DNA of 44,108 nucleotides from a virus (Duplodnaviria; Heunggongvirae; Uroviricota; Caudoviricetes): IMG/VR virus record IMGVR_UViG_2529292919_000018; one strand, 5' to 3'. Shown piece by piece: positions 35,637 to 44,108 of this stretch (position 1 is its first letter; each line of letters starts with the position of its first letter). The notes under the pieces were generated by a model. It saw only the letters and a program-made list of their open reading frames with translations, ran no database searches and was not told where the DNA came from. The position numbers and the translations under genes were made by a program.

Positions 35637-36688
35637 ATAATACCGTTTTACTTCGGGTTTCCGGTCGCGAATGGGGCGGCTGGACATCCGTCCGTATCAG
35701 TGCGGGCATTAACCGTATTGCCCGGGATTTTAATGTTGCCATTACCACCCGCTGGCCCGGCAGCCGGGATTATCAGCCCCGGATAAAAAATGGTGAGCTG
35801 GTTGAAGTGCTTATCGGGGATGAGCCCGTGCTCACCGGATATGTGGAGGCACTACCGCTTCGTTATGACGCCAGCAGCGTCAGTATGGGGATTGTCGGGC
35901 GAAGCAAAACAGCCGATCTGGTTGATTGCTCTGCTTTGCCACTCCAGCAGAGCGGAAAAAACCTGCTCAGAATAGTCACTGAACTGGCTGCGCCATTTGG
36001 CATCACTGTTGTTGATGCTGGCGTGCCTCAGACTGCGGTGATTGATGCACAGCCGGAACACGGCGAAACTGTTGCCGATTGTCTTAACCGGTTGCTGGGG
36101 CAGGTTCAGACGCTGGCTTATGACGATGAATGTGGGCGACTGGTTCTTGGGAAACCTGGAACAGGCAAAGCGGCGACGGCACTGGTGCTGGGAGAGAATA
36201 TTCTTTCCTGTGACACGGAAAGAAGCATCAGAGAGCGGTTTTCTGAATATCAGGTCAGTGGGCAGCGCCCGGGCAACGACGATGATTTTGGTGAGGCCAC
36301 CATTGCCGCAATACGTCAGACCATTCAGGACAATGGCGTGACCCGTTATCGCCCTTTGTTGATTCAGCAGTCAGGCACAGCAACGACAGCAACCTGTAAG
36401 GCCCGTTGTGAATTTGAAGCGCGCCAACGGGCTGCGCTTACCCGTGAGACAACATATACGGTTCAGGGCTGGCGGCAGGGCAGTGGCGCGTTATGGCGTC
36501 CGGGGTTATCTGTCATCGTTTTCGACCCGCTGAATAATTTTGATAATGATGAACTGGTGATCGCAGAAGTCACCTATAACCAGGACGACCGGGGCACGAC
36601 GACTGAATTACGGGTTGGCCCGGCAGATGCTTATCTCCCCGAGCCTGTTACCGCCAGGAAGAAAAAAAATGTTGAGGAGGATTTCTGA
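35633..36688 (+). CDS. Baseplate hub / tail protein (Mu gpP-like, late control D family)
   Basis: 351 aa at the Mu gp44 position. Confidence 0.65.
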   Translation: MNNTVLLRVSGREWGGWTSVRISAGINRIARDFNVAITTRWPGSRDYQPRIKNGELVEVLIGDEPVLTGYVEALPLRYDASSVSMGIVGRSKTADLVDCSALPLQQSGKNLLRIVTELAAPFGITVVDAGVPQTAVIDAQPEHGETVADCLNRLLGQVQTLAYDDECGRLVLGKPGTGKAATALVLGENILSCDTERSIRERFSEYQVSGQRPGNDDDFGEATIAAIRQTIQDNGVTRYRPLLIQQSGTATTATCKARCEFEARQRAALTRETTYTVQGWRQGSGALWRPGLSVIVFDPLNNFDNDELVIAEVTYNQDDRGTTTELRVGPADAYLPEPVTARKKKNVEEDF

Positions 36689-37221
36689 TGAACGGGTTTT
36701 CTCTTCGCAATCTGATTTCCCGGGCTGTCATCACGGCGGTGGATTCCGCCAGAAAGTGTCAGTCTGTAGGGTTGAAAATGATAGCCGGAGATCAGAAACA
36801 ACACGTTGAGCACCTTGAACCTTATGGTTTTACATCTGCCGCACAGAACGGTGCTGAGGGCGTTGCTTTATTTCCGGCGGGCGATCGTTCTCATGGTGTG
36901 GTTGTGGTCGTGGCTGACAGACGTTACCGGCTGAAAGGACTGAAACGTGGGGAAGTGGCGCTTTATGACGATCTGGGACAGTCCGTTGTCCTGACCCGTT
37001 CCGGTATTGTGGTGAACGGGGCCGGGAAGCCCATTATTTTTCAAAACGCGCCTAAAGCGCGCTTTGAAATGCCAGTCGAATCCACCGCCGATATTACTGA
37101 CAATTGCGACAGTGGCGGACTCAGCATGCAGCAAATGCGGCAGACCTACAATGCCCACAAACACACCGAAAATGGTGATGGTGGCGGGATCACTGACACG
37201 CCGGATCAACCGATGGGCTGA
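36688..37221 (+). CDS. Baseplate assembly protein V (spike, Mu gp45-like)
   Basis: 177 aa; family-typical N-terminal region; Mu-like gene order. Confidence 0.7.
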   Translation: MNGFSLRNLISRAVITAVDSARKCQSVGLKMIAGDQKQHVEHLEPYGFTSAAQNGAEGVALFPAGDRSHGVVVVVADRRYRLKGLKRGEVALYDDLGQSVVLTRSGIVVNGAGKPIIFQNAPKARFEMPVESTADITDNCDSGGLSMQQMRQTYNAHKHTENGDGGGITDTPDQPMG

Positions 37222-37226
37222 AAATC

Positions 37227-37640
37227 ATGATGATTAATGTTAACGGGCGACCCGTGTCGACCGGGGCTTTGCTCGACCTTCTGACGCGTGCTGTGATTAT
37301 TTCGCTTTTTACCTGGCGGCGTGCCGGGCGGGATGATGATGCACCGCAGATATTTGGATGGTGGGGGGATACCTGGCCTGCTGTTCAGAATGATCGCACG
37401 GGGTCGCGTCTGTATCTGCTGCGACGCAGCAAGCTGACAAATAAAACCCCGCAGCTTGCCAGAGATTATGCCCGTGAGGCGCTGGCGTGGATGGTGGAGG
37501 ATGGTGTTGCTTCCCGTCTTGATATTAACGCTGTCCGGACCGGGACAGACTCGCTGGCACTTGCCATTACCATTTACCAGCGTGACGGCAATATTCACAA
37601 CATTATTTTTGATGATATCTGGAGTGAACTGAATGGCTGA
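37227..37640 (+). CDS. Baseplate protein (Mu gp46 / GPW-gp25 family)
   Basis: 137 aa, position and size. Confidence 0.65.
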   Translation: MMINVNGRPVSTGALLDLLTRAVIISLFTWRRAGRDDDAPQIFGWWGDTWPAVQNDRTGSRLYLLRRSKLTNKTPQLARDYAREALAWMVEDGVASRLDINAVRTGTDSLALAITIYQRDGNIHNIIFDDIWSELNG

Positions 37641-38715
37641 CAGTCAGTTTTATCGCCCCGGCCTTCCGCAACTTATTTCTATGATCCGGAGCGATTTATT
37701 AACCCGCTTTGAGCAGGATACGCTGCTTCGTCGTATGGATGCGGAAGTGTATGCCCGTGTACAGGCTGCAGCCGTACACACGTTGTACGGGTATATCGAT
37801 TATCTTGCCAGAAATCTGTTGCCGGACATGTGTGATGAAGACTGGTTGTACCGGCACGCCAGAATCAAACGCTGCCTGCGAAAAGATGCGGTGACAGCCC
37901 GGGGATTTGTGCGCTGGGATGGCGTAGAGGGAACACCTGTATTGCCAGCGGGAACGCAGATCCAGCGTGATGATCAGGTGACCTTCACCACGACGGCGAC
38001 GGTGACCGCAGCCGATGGTCTTCTCCGGGTGCCTGTTGTGGCAGATGAACCGGGGGCGGCGGGGAATACGGATGATGGTATTGCCATGCAACTGGGAACA
38101 CCCGTCAGTGGTCTGCCGTCCACAGGGTACGCGGACACCATTACAGACGGTGAAGATATTGAAAATCTGGAAATATGGCGTGCCCGCGTTATGGAACGTT
38201 ATTACTACATTCCACAGGGGGGCGCGGACCCTGATTATGTTATCTGGGCGAAAGAAGTTCAGGGTATTAACCGTGCATGGACTTTCAGACACTGGAAAGG
38301 CATTGGAACGGTTGGCGTGATGGTGGCGACAAACGATCCGGAACATCCGGCTCCGGATGAAAGCGTCATTAATGCAGTCAGAGAGCACATTCTTCCTCTG
38401 ACACCGGTTGCCGGAAGCGGATTGTATGTATTCGGTGCCACAGAAAAAGTCATCCCGATGACGATTGCATTATCGAAAGACACACCGCAGATCAGGACTG
38501 CAATAAAAGCAGAGCTGAATGCACTGATGTTACGGGATGGTGTGCCAGAGGGGCGTATGTATCTGTCCAGAATCAGTGAGGCCATCAGTTTGTCTGCTGG
38601 TGAAGTGGCCCACCGGTTAATCGTCCCTTCATCGGATATTGACCTGGGGGAGACCGAGCTTCCGGTGCTCGGCGAGATCACCTGGCAGGCTTATGACCCG
38701 GCAAGGAGTAAATAA
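37633..38715 (+). CDS. Baseplate J-like protein (Mu gp47-like)
   Basis: 360 aa, overlapping start; position after gp46-like. Confidence 0.75.
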   Translation: MADSQFYRPGLPQLISMIRSDLLTRFEQDTLLRRMDAEVYARVQAAAVHTLYGYIDYLARNLLPDMCDEDWLYRHARIKRCLRKDAVTARGFVRWDGVEGTPVLPAGTQIQRDDQVTFTTTATVTAADGLLRVPVVADEPGAAGNTDDGIAMQLGTPVSGLPSTGYADTITDGEDIENLEIWRARVMERYYYIPQGGADPDYVIWAKEVQGINRAWTFRHWKGIGTVGVMVATNDPEHPAPDESVINAVREHILPLTPVAGSGLYVFGATEKVIPMTIALSKDTPQIRTAIKAELNALMLRDGVPEGRMYLSRISEAISLSAGEVAHRLIVPSSDIDLGETELPVLGEITWQAYDPARSK

Positions 38716-39674
38716 TGGATTCGTTACAGGATGATTATACAAAGCTGCTGTACGGACTGATGCCGCCGGGGCCTGCATGGAGCGATACCGACGGCGTGCT
38801 TGATGGTCTGGCACCATCGCTTGTACGTGTTCATCAGCGGACTGATGAACTGATGGCTGAAATCGATCCTGGTCAGTCAACAGAGCTGATTGAACGTTAT
38901 GAAGAATTGTATGGTTTACCTGACACCTGCTCTCCTGTTGGAGCCCAGACATTACGCCAGCGTCAGCAACGGCTGGAAGCAAAAGCCAATGTGGCTGGTG
39001 GCATAAATGAGCAGTTCTTCCTGGAGCAGCTTGAGGCGCTGGGATATACCGGCGTGACGATCGAACAGTTCCAGCACCTGGATGCAAGCCCCGATCCGGA
39101 ATGGGGTGATCGCTGGCGTTATTTCTGGCGTGTGACGTTGCCGGTGGATGCCGGTGCTCAGTGGCAGACATGTTCGGACACCTGTAACACACCGATCCGG
39201 ACGTGGGGTGATACGGTTGCGGAGTGCGTGATTAATAAATTATGTCCGTCGCATACTGTTGTCCTTTTTGCATATCCGGATGAGTCTGGTGAAGGGCAAC
39301 AAGCCGCCCTGACTATAAACAGCCTCTCCTTTCAGGCCGGACACAAGACGACTGAGCCATTAGCGATTAATCATACAGGTGTTCATTTTGCGGTTGTTCC
39401 GGCACTGACAGGTAAGCCGCTGACAATTAACCGGATTAACTTTTATGCCGCCCGTCCGATGGCAGAACCACTGGTACTCAGCAGGGCGCAATTGCACTCA
39501 GGTCTGCCGACAACGGACCCCATGACCATGAACAGCGCACAGTTGCAGACGGGATACAGGACCCGCTCCCCCGTACCGGTTAACAGTATGCAGTTGCAGA
39601 CAGCCAGCAGAACCCGTGAACCGTTATTGATTAATCACCCGGGACTGCATTTTGCTGTGGTCACGTCCGAATGA
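38715..39674 (+). CDS. Tail protein (Mu gp48-like, DUF2313) with repetitive C-terminal segment
   Basis: N-terminal LLYGLMPPGPAWSDTDGVLDGL typical of the family; C-terminal third carries repeated LxINH(T/P)G(V/L)HFAVV and (A/M)QLQT motifs. Confidence 0.65.
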   Translation: MDSLQDDYTKLLYGLMPPGPAWSDTDGVLDGLAPSLVRVHQRTDELMAEIDPGQSTELIERYEELYGLPDTCSPVGAQTLRQRQQRLEAKANVAGGINEQFFLEQLEALGYTGVTIEQFQHLDASPDPEWGDRWRYFWRVTLPVDAGAQWQTCSDTCNTPIRTWGDTVAECVINKLCPSHTVVLFAYPDESGEGQQAALTINSLSFQAGHKTTEPLAINHTGVHFAVVPALTGKPLTINRINFYAARPMAEPLVLSRAQLHSGLPTTDPMTMNSAQLQTGYRTRSPVPVNSMQLQTASRTREPLLINHPGLHFAVVTSE

Positions 39675-39697
39675 CATAAAATAAAAGGAGAGCCTCT

Positions 39698-40747
39698 TTG
39701 AATATTATTAAACTCGAAAGTTTTCGACAAATTCCGGCGAATGAGGGATTGTGCGAGAACTATTATTCAACAAATATTATTTCAGCACTGAACGAAAACG
39801 GTGTCACGCTTATCAATGATATGTCCGGTTCTGTAACATCCGTCTGTCGTGGCACTCAGGCCGTAAATACTGTAGAAAGAACGGGGCTGATTTTTACGAC
39901 ACCCTCATATGTCACACTGTACAGCACACTTCCGGACTTAAAAGCCTCAGCTGTACAGCTGGGATTTCGTCTGACATTAAGTGCGGGAAAGAAATATTCA
40001 TCTTCGCCATCCCACATCAGGATTAATGGCTATTCATTTACAACCCCGTATCCTGATGAAGCAGCCAGTTATTACTATGAAATTTTCGCAACGCGAAACG
40101 AAAACGGCTATGTCTCAGCCAGTCTGTACTGCAACCGCTCATTAGTTGGAAATGCATCGTTTTATGTATCAGATGACCGGACTGACAAAATTCAGGTGAG
40201 TATTGGTAGTGGTGACAATATTTTTTCATCGGGTGCATCCGGCACGTTAATGCTGGGTGATATGTACTGTGGAACAGTGGCATACGGAAAAAATAATAGT
40301 GCAGAACCCGCCCTGCTCGGAAGCATTGAGGTCAGATACAGCCCGGTAACGGCATTTACCGGTGGAAGCGCCAAAAACTCACTGAATAAAGATATTGTCA
40401 CGGGGCTGAACACCTCTGACAGCGAGGCCGGATATCTGATGCTCTCGCCCTCCCTGAATGCAGCACAGGCCACGTTTGGTGCGGTGGATAACAGCAACAG
40501 TGATGTTGTGGCTGTTATGGCCTCGGTCACTTACCGCGGTGCTGATGCCCCCAATAACCGCCTGGCCTGGAAAGTGAAAAATGGCAGCCATGCAGGCGCA
40601 ACGATTACAGAGAATGGCGTACAAAGCGACACAAACAGCTGGACGACTGTCTCACAGAGTTTTATGGCCCAGCCAGGCGGAGAAACGCCTTTCACAAAGG
40701 GTGAACTGACTTTCACAGCGGAATTGTTTAATCAGGCAAGGACATAA
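39698..40747 (+). CDS. Putative tail fibre / receptor-binding protein
   Basis: 349 aa, Ser/Thr/Asn/Gly-rich, lower GC than flanks; between baseplate and side-tail-fibre genes. Confidence 0.4.
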   Translation: MNIIKLESFRQIPANEGLCENYYSTNIISALNENGVTLINDMSGSVTSVCRGTQAVNTVERTGLIFTTPSYVTLYSTLPDLKASAVQLGFRLTLSAGKKYSSSPSHIRINGYSFTTPYPDEAASYYYEIFATRNENGYVSASLYCNRSLVGNASFYVSDDRTDKIQVSIGSGDNIFSSGASGTLMLGDMYCGTVAYGKNNSAEPALLGSIEVRYSPVTAFTGGSAKNSLNKDIVTGLNTSDSEAGYLMLSPSLNAAQATFGAVDNSNSDVVAVMASVTYRGADAPNNRLAWKVKNGSHAGATITENGVQSDTNSWTTVSQSFMAQPGGETPFTKGELTFTAELFNQART

Positions 40748-40777
40748 TTCTGATATTTCATTCACGGGAGGTTTAAT

Positions 40778-41887
40778 ATGCACAGAATTGACACTCCGAC
40801 AGCAGTTAAAGATAAATTTGGCCCGGGCAAGAACGGATTTACTGACGGGAATATTCGTACAGGGCGTCATGCCACCTGGCTGAACAGTGCCATGTGGGAT
40901 GCCCTTCAGGAGGAAATCTGTGGTGTCATTGAGAAGGCCGGGATAGAACTGAATAAAGAGGAACACGACCAGTTATATAAAGCCATATTATTACTGGTGG
41001 GCGGTGCAATTAACGAAGAGGCATTGCTGATAAAAAATAATCTTTCGGATGTCGAAGACAGTGATGAGGCTGTTGAAAACCTCGGATTAAAACCCACGGT
41101 GGATAAGGCAAAAAATGCCGTTCAGCGTGATGGAGACACCATGACCGGGGAGCTGAAAATCAGTGGTGTTAATGCACTGAGGATTTTCAACGAAGCCTTT
41201 GGTCTGATTTTTCGTCGTTCGGAAGAGTGTCTGCACCTCATTCCTACCCGGGAAAATCAGGGCGAGAGTGGTGATATTGGGCCGCTACGCCCCTTTACGC
41301 TTAATCTCAGGACCGGTCGCATAACTATGGGACACGGTCTGGATGTTACAGAAGATGTATTTGCAGGCCGTTTTGCGATTAACAGCAGTAACGGAACGTG
41401 GATTCAGATGCGTGACAACAACGTTATTTTCGGGAAAAACAGGATAAATACTGATGCTGCTCAGGCGCTTCTGCGTCAGGATCATGCAGACAGAAAGTAT
41501 TTCCTGGCTGGTCTTGGGAATAAGCAGTTTGGCATTTACATGATAAATAATAGCCGTACGGATAATGGTACGGACGGTCAGGCGTATATGGATGATGCGG
41601 GAAACTGGCGATGCGGGCGTCAGGTTATACCGTCAGACAACGGAAACTTCGATGCCCGCTACCAGACCAAAACAGGTGGCGTACAGAATTTTCAGTATAC
41701 CAGTGAGGTGTTTTACAACCCGGGCGGGAACGAGCACAGCTGGACGTTTCGAGCACCTTCTGGTTGTGTTTTGTCAGGCATTAATGTTCAGGATACTGGC
41801 CGTAACTCTGCAGACAATATCGGTGGCGTGTATTACAAACAGGCTCAGATTTATATTAATGGTGCATGGCGATCTGTATCAGGTTAA
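40778..41887 (+). CDS. Side tail fibre protein
   Basis: N-terminus MHRIDTPTAVKDKFGPGKNGFTDGNIRTGRHATWLNSAMWDALQEEI is the conserved tail-fibre N-domain. Confidence 0.75.
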   Translation: MHRIDTPTAVKDKFGPGKNGFTDGNIRTGRHATWLNSAMWDALQEEICGVIEKAGIELNKEEHDQLYKAILLLVGGAINEEALLIKNNLSDVEDSDEAVENLGLKPTVDKAKNAVQRDGDTMTGELKISGVNALRIFNEAFGLIFRRSEECLHLIPTRENQGESGDIGPLRPFTLNLRTGRITMGHGLDVTEDVFAGRFAINSSNGTWIQMRDNNVIFGKNRINTDAAQALLRQDHADRKYFLAGLGNKQFGIYMINNSRTDNGTDGQAYMDDAGNWRCGRQVIPSDNGNFDARYQTKTGGVQNFQYTSEVFYNPGGNEHSWTFRAPSGCVLSGINVQDTGRNSADNIGGVYYKQAQIYINGAWRSVSG

Positions 41888-41901
41888 TTAAGGAGAAAAT
41901 A

Positions 41902-42432
41902 ATGGAACTCTCAAACATTACGCGTTACTACCCTGAAGACATGCCTTATGGTGACGGCATTCAGTATTTCCGTAGTGAAGACGGGCAGGATTTTTATGAA
42001 TCACTGGATAAATTCACGAAGAAATACAAGCTGTGCACGCATCCTGAAACCGGCGTTATTTATTCCGTGGCGGAAGATGTATCCCGTCTTTATCCCGTTG
42101 GTTTTACCATTGTGGAAGTGGATGAACTACCGGATGGCTTTTGTATAGAGGCGCGCTGGTATTATAAAGACGGTGAAGTACTACCGGTCCCTGTTGACTA
42201 CAGGCAGCAGGCAGAGTCGGAGCGTGCACGTCTTACTGCGATTGCCGAACGGGAAATATCCGATAAGAAGACGGATTTACTTTTGGGAATCATCGGTGAT
42301 GAAGAAAAAGAAAAGCTGACACTCTGGCGCATTTACGCGAAATCGCTGCAGGCGATGGATTTCAGCCCCATCACTGATAAAACCTCATATAACGCCATTG
42401 AATGGCCCGTCTCTCCGGAAGCCTCTTCCTGA
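41902..42432 (+). CDS. Tail fibre assembly chaperone (Tfa)
   Basis: ATG 41902 after AAGGAGAAAA; 176 aa directly after tail-fibre gene. Confidence 0.7.
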   Translation: MELSNITRYYPEDMPYGDGIQYFRSEDGQDFYESLDKFTKKYKLCTHPETGVIYSVAEDVSRLYPVGFTIVEVDELPDGFCIEARWYYKDGEVLPVPVDYRQQAESERARLTAIAEREISDKKTDLLLGIIGDEEKEKLTLWRIYAKSLQAMDFSPITDKTSYNAIEWPVSPEASS

Positions 42433-42824
42433 TTTAATTTATCGCGAGAAAAACTATGTCTGTAGTGATATCAGGTGCGCTGACTGATGGCGCAGACTCA
42501 GGTCGATCGCAATCACGAGATTTATCAACGTCAGCGGGAGATGAAGGAAGAACTGAATAATCTTGATGATTTACGCTTAATCCGAGCGTTTGACGTTACG
42601 CAATAAAAAACACTGATATGCCAGCCCCTTGTAAAAATATTGAGCAGGGACGCGTTGAGTTGAATTGGATTTACATGGGGCACCTTGGGGCATATATGGG
42701 ACATAAAAAGACCTCAGACAAACAGTAAAATCGAGATCAGGAGTTTTTAGAAAAAATACAACCATCTGAAAAAACTCAGAAAACACCAAAAAATCCACAG
42801 GATGGCAAAAAATATCTATGAATT

Positions 42825-44108
42825 ATGGACTTCCAGTTATATTCGCTCGGCGCAGCGTTAGTGTTTCATGAAATATTTTTTCCTGAATCATCAACGGCAA
42901 TGGCGTTAATTCTGGCAATGGGAACCTATGGTGCAGGTTATGTGGCACGTATTGTCGGAGCATTTATTTTCGGCAAAATGGGCGACAGAATAGGGCGTAA
43001 AAAAGTGCTCTTTATTACCATCACCATGATGGGGATCTGTACCACCTTAATTGGTGTGTTACCGACCTATGCACAGATTGGTGTTTTTGCACCCATCTTG
43101 CTGGTGACGCTTCGTATTATTCAGGGGTTGGGTGCAGGTGCGGAAATTTCCGGTGCCGGTACGATGCTGGCGGAATATGCGCCAAAAGGTAAGCGCGGAA
43201 TTATCTCCTCATTTGTGGCTATGGGAACTAACTGCGGAACCTTGAGCGCAACGGCAATCTGGGCCTTTATGTTCTTCATTCTCAGTAAAGAGGAACTGCT
43301 GGCGTGGGGATGGCGTATACCTTTCCTGGCGAGCGTTGTCGTGATGGTCTTTGCTATCTGGTTGCGTATGAATCTGAAAGAAAGCCCGGTCTTTGAGAAG
43401 GTTAACGACAGCAACCAACCGACAGCAAAACCTGCACCTGCTGGTAGCATGTTCCAGAGCAAATCCTTCTGGCTGGCAACAGGACTGCGTTTTGGTCAGG
43501 CTGGTAACTCAGGTTTAATTCAGACTTTCCTTGCAGGCTATTTAGTGCAGACGTTATTGTTTAACAAAGCAATTCCAACAGATGCATTGATGATCAGTTC
43601 GATTCTCGGCTTTATGACCATTCCGTTCCTTGGTTGGTTATCCGATAAAATTGGTCGCCGGATCCCGTATATTATTATGAATACCTCTGCGATTGTGCTG
43701 GCATGGCCAATGCTTTCTATCATCGTAGATAAAAGCTATGCCCCGAGCACCATTATGGTTGCACTGATTGTGATTCATAACTGTGCGGTGCTTGGATTAT
43801 TTGCTCTGGAAAACATTACCATGGCAGAAATGTTCGGCTGTAAAAACCGCTTTACCCGAATGGCTATTTCTAAAGAAATTGGTGGTCTTATCGCTTCCGG
43901 TTTTGGTCCTATCCTGGCGGGGATTTTCTGCACCATGACGGAATCCTGGTATCCGATCGCCATTATGATCATGGCATATTCTGTGATTGGTTTAATCTCT
44001 GCGCTGAAAATGCCAGAAGTGAAAGACCGTGATTTAAGTGCGCTGGAAGACGCCGCAGAAGATCAACCACATGTTGTAAGAGCTGCGCAACCGTCCAGAA
44101 GTCTGTAA
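42825..44108 (+). CDS. MFS transporter (metabolite:H+ symporter family), apparently 5'-truncated at the prophage junction (ydfJ-like?)
   Basis: MFS motif GKMGDRIGRKK at residues about 50-60, roughly 35 residues closer to the N-terminus than in full-length relatives (ShiA-type), implying a missing first helix. CDS ends exactly at window end. Confidence 0.8.
   Translation: MDFQLYSLGAALVFHEIFFPESSTAMALILAMGTYGAGYVARIVGAFIFGKMGDRIGRKKVLFITITMMGICTTLIGVLPTYAQIGVFAPILLVTLRIIQGLGAGAEISGAGTMLAEYAPKGKRGIISSFVAMGTNCGTLSATAIWAFMFFILSKEELLAWGWRIPFLASVVVMVFAIWLRMNLKESPVFEKVNDSNQPTAKPAPAGSMFQSKSFWLATGLRFGQAGNSGLIQTFLAGYLVQTLLFNKAIPTDALMISSILGFMTIPFLGWLSDKIGRRIPYIIMNTSAIVLAWPMLSIIVDKSYAPSTIMVALIVIHNCAVLGLFALENITMAEMFGCKNRFTRMAISKEIGGLIASGFGPILAGIFCTMTESWYPIAIMIMAYSVIGLISALKMPEVKDRDLSALEDAAEDQPHVVRAAQPSRSL

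Larger units (their letters stand above)
1..42824. mobile_element. Temperate prophage (Qin/Dic-like early region, HK97-like head, Mu-like contractile tail); left end beyond window, right end approx 42433-42824
   Basis: Contiguous, syntenic phage modules from integrase to tail fibre assembly gene; host-like MFS transporter gene follows and appears to lack its first transmembrane helix. Confidence 0.85.

Noticed and set aside
37699-39192. Minus-strand ORFs of 229, 140 and 187 aa inside baseplate genes
   Set aside because: Overlap the baseplate J-like and gp48-like genes on the opposite strand; no start signals; His/Arg/Cys-rich spurious composition.
1-44108. CRISPR arrays or other regular short direct repeats
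   Set aside because: I saw no repeat-spacer periodicity anywhere in the window. The only repeats noted are short motifs in the 8.7-9.1 kb leader and hairpins.

Overview
The window is almost entirely one temperate prophage of an enterobacterial (E. coli-like) host, running from a complete integrase gene at the left edge to a right junction around 42.4-42.8 kb, where a 5'-truncated MFS transporter gene begins. The backbone looks like an intact relative of the E. coli K-12 Qin/Dic element: int-xis, a large exonuclease-domain protein, the ydfD/dicB/dicF/ydfCBA division-inhibition operon, dicA/dicC immunity, O/P replication, hok-rem-DUF968-rusA-Q, a DNA methyltransferase, three tRNAs, a lysis cassette, an HNH/terminase/HK97-like head module and a Mu-like contractile tail with tail fibres. 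The best candidate for something new is an AT-rich accessory island (about 8.7-13.2 kb) between the replication genes and an IS element. It carries a long ORF-free leader, an unrecognised 280-aa gene, a decayed tyrosine-recombinase remnant, and an overlapping ABC-ATPase + HNH nuclease pair that resembles Septu (PtuA/PtuB) anti-phage defence. Other points worth a second look are an in-frame amber codon in the ydfD-like lysis gene, an orphan hok toxin gene abutting the IS, a tail-tube gene broken at a U-rich slippery heptamer, and a clean -1 frameshift signal in the tail chaperone. All family names come from motifs read by eye and from recalled K-12 proteins; no database search was run, and derived coordinates may be off by a few bases.
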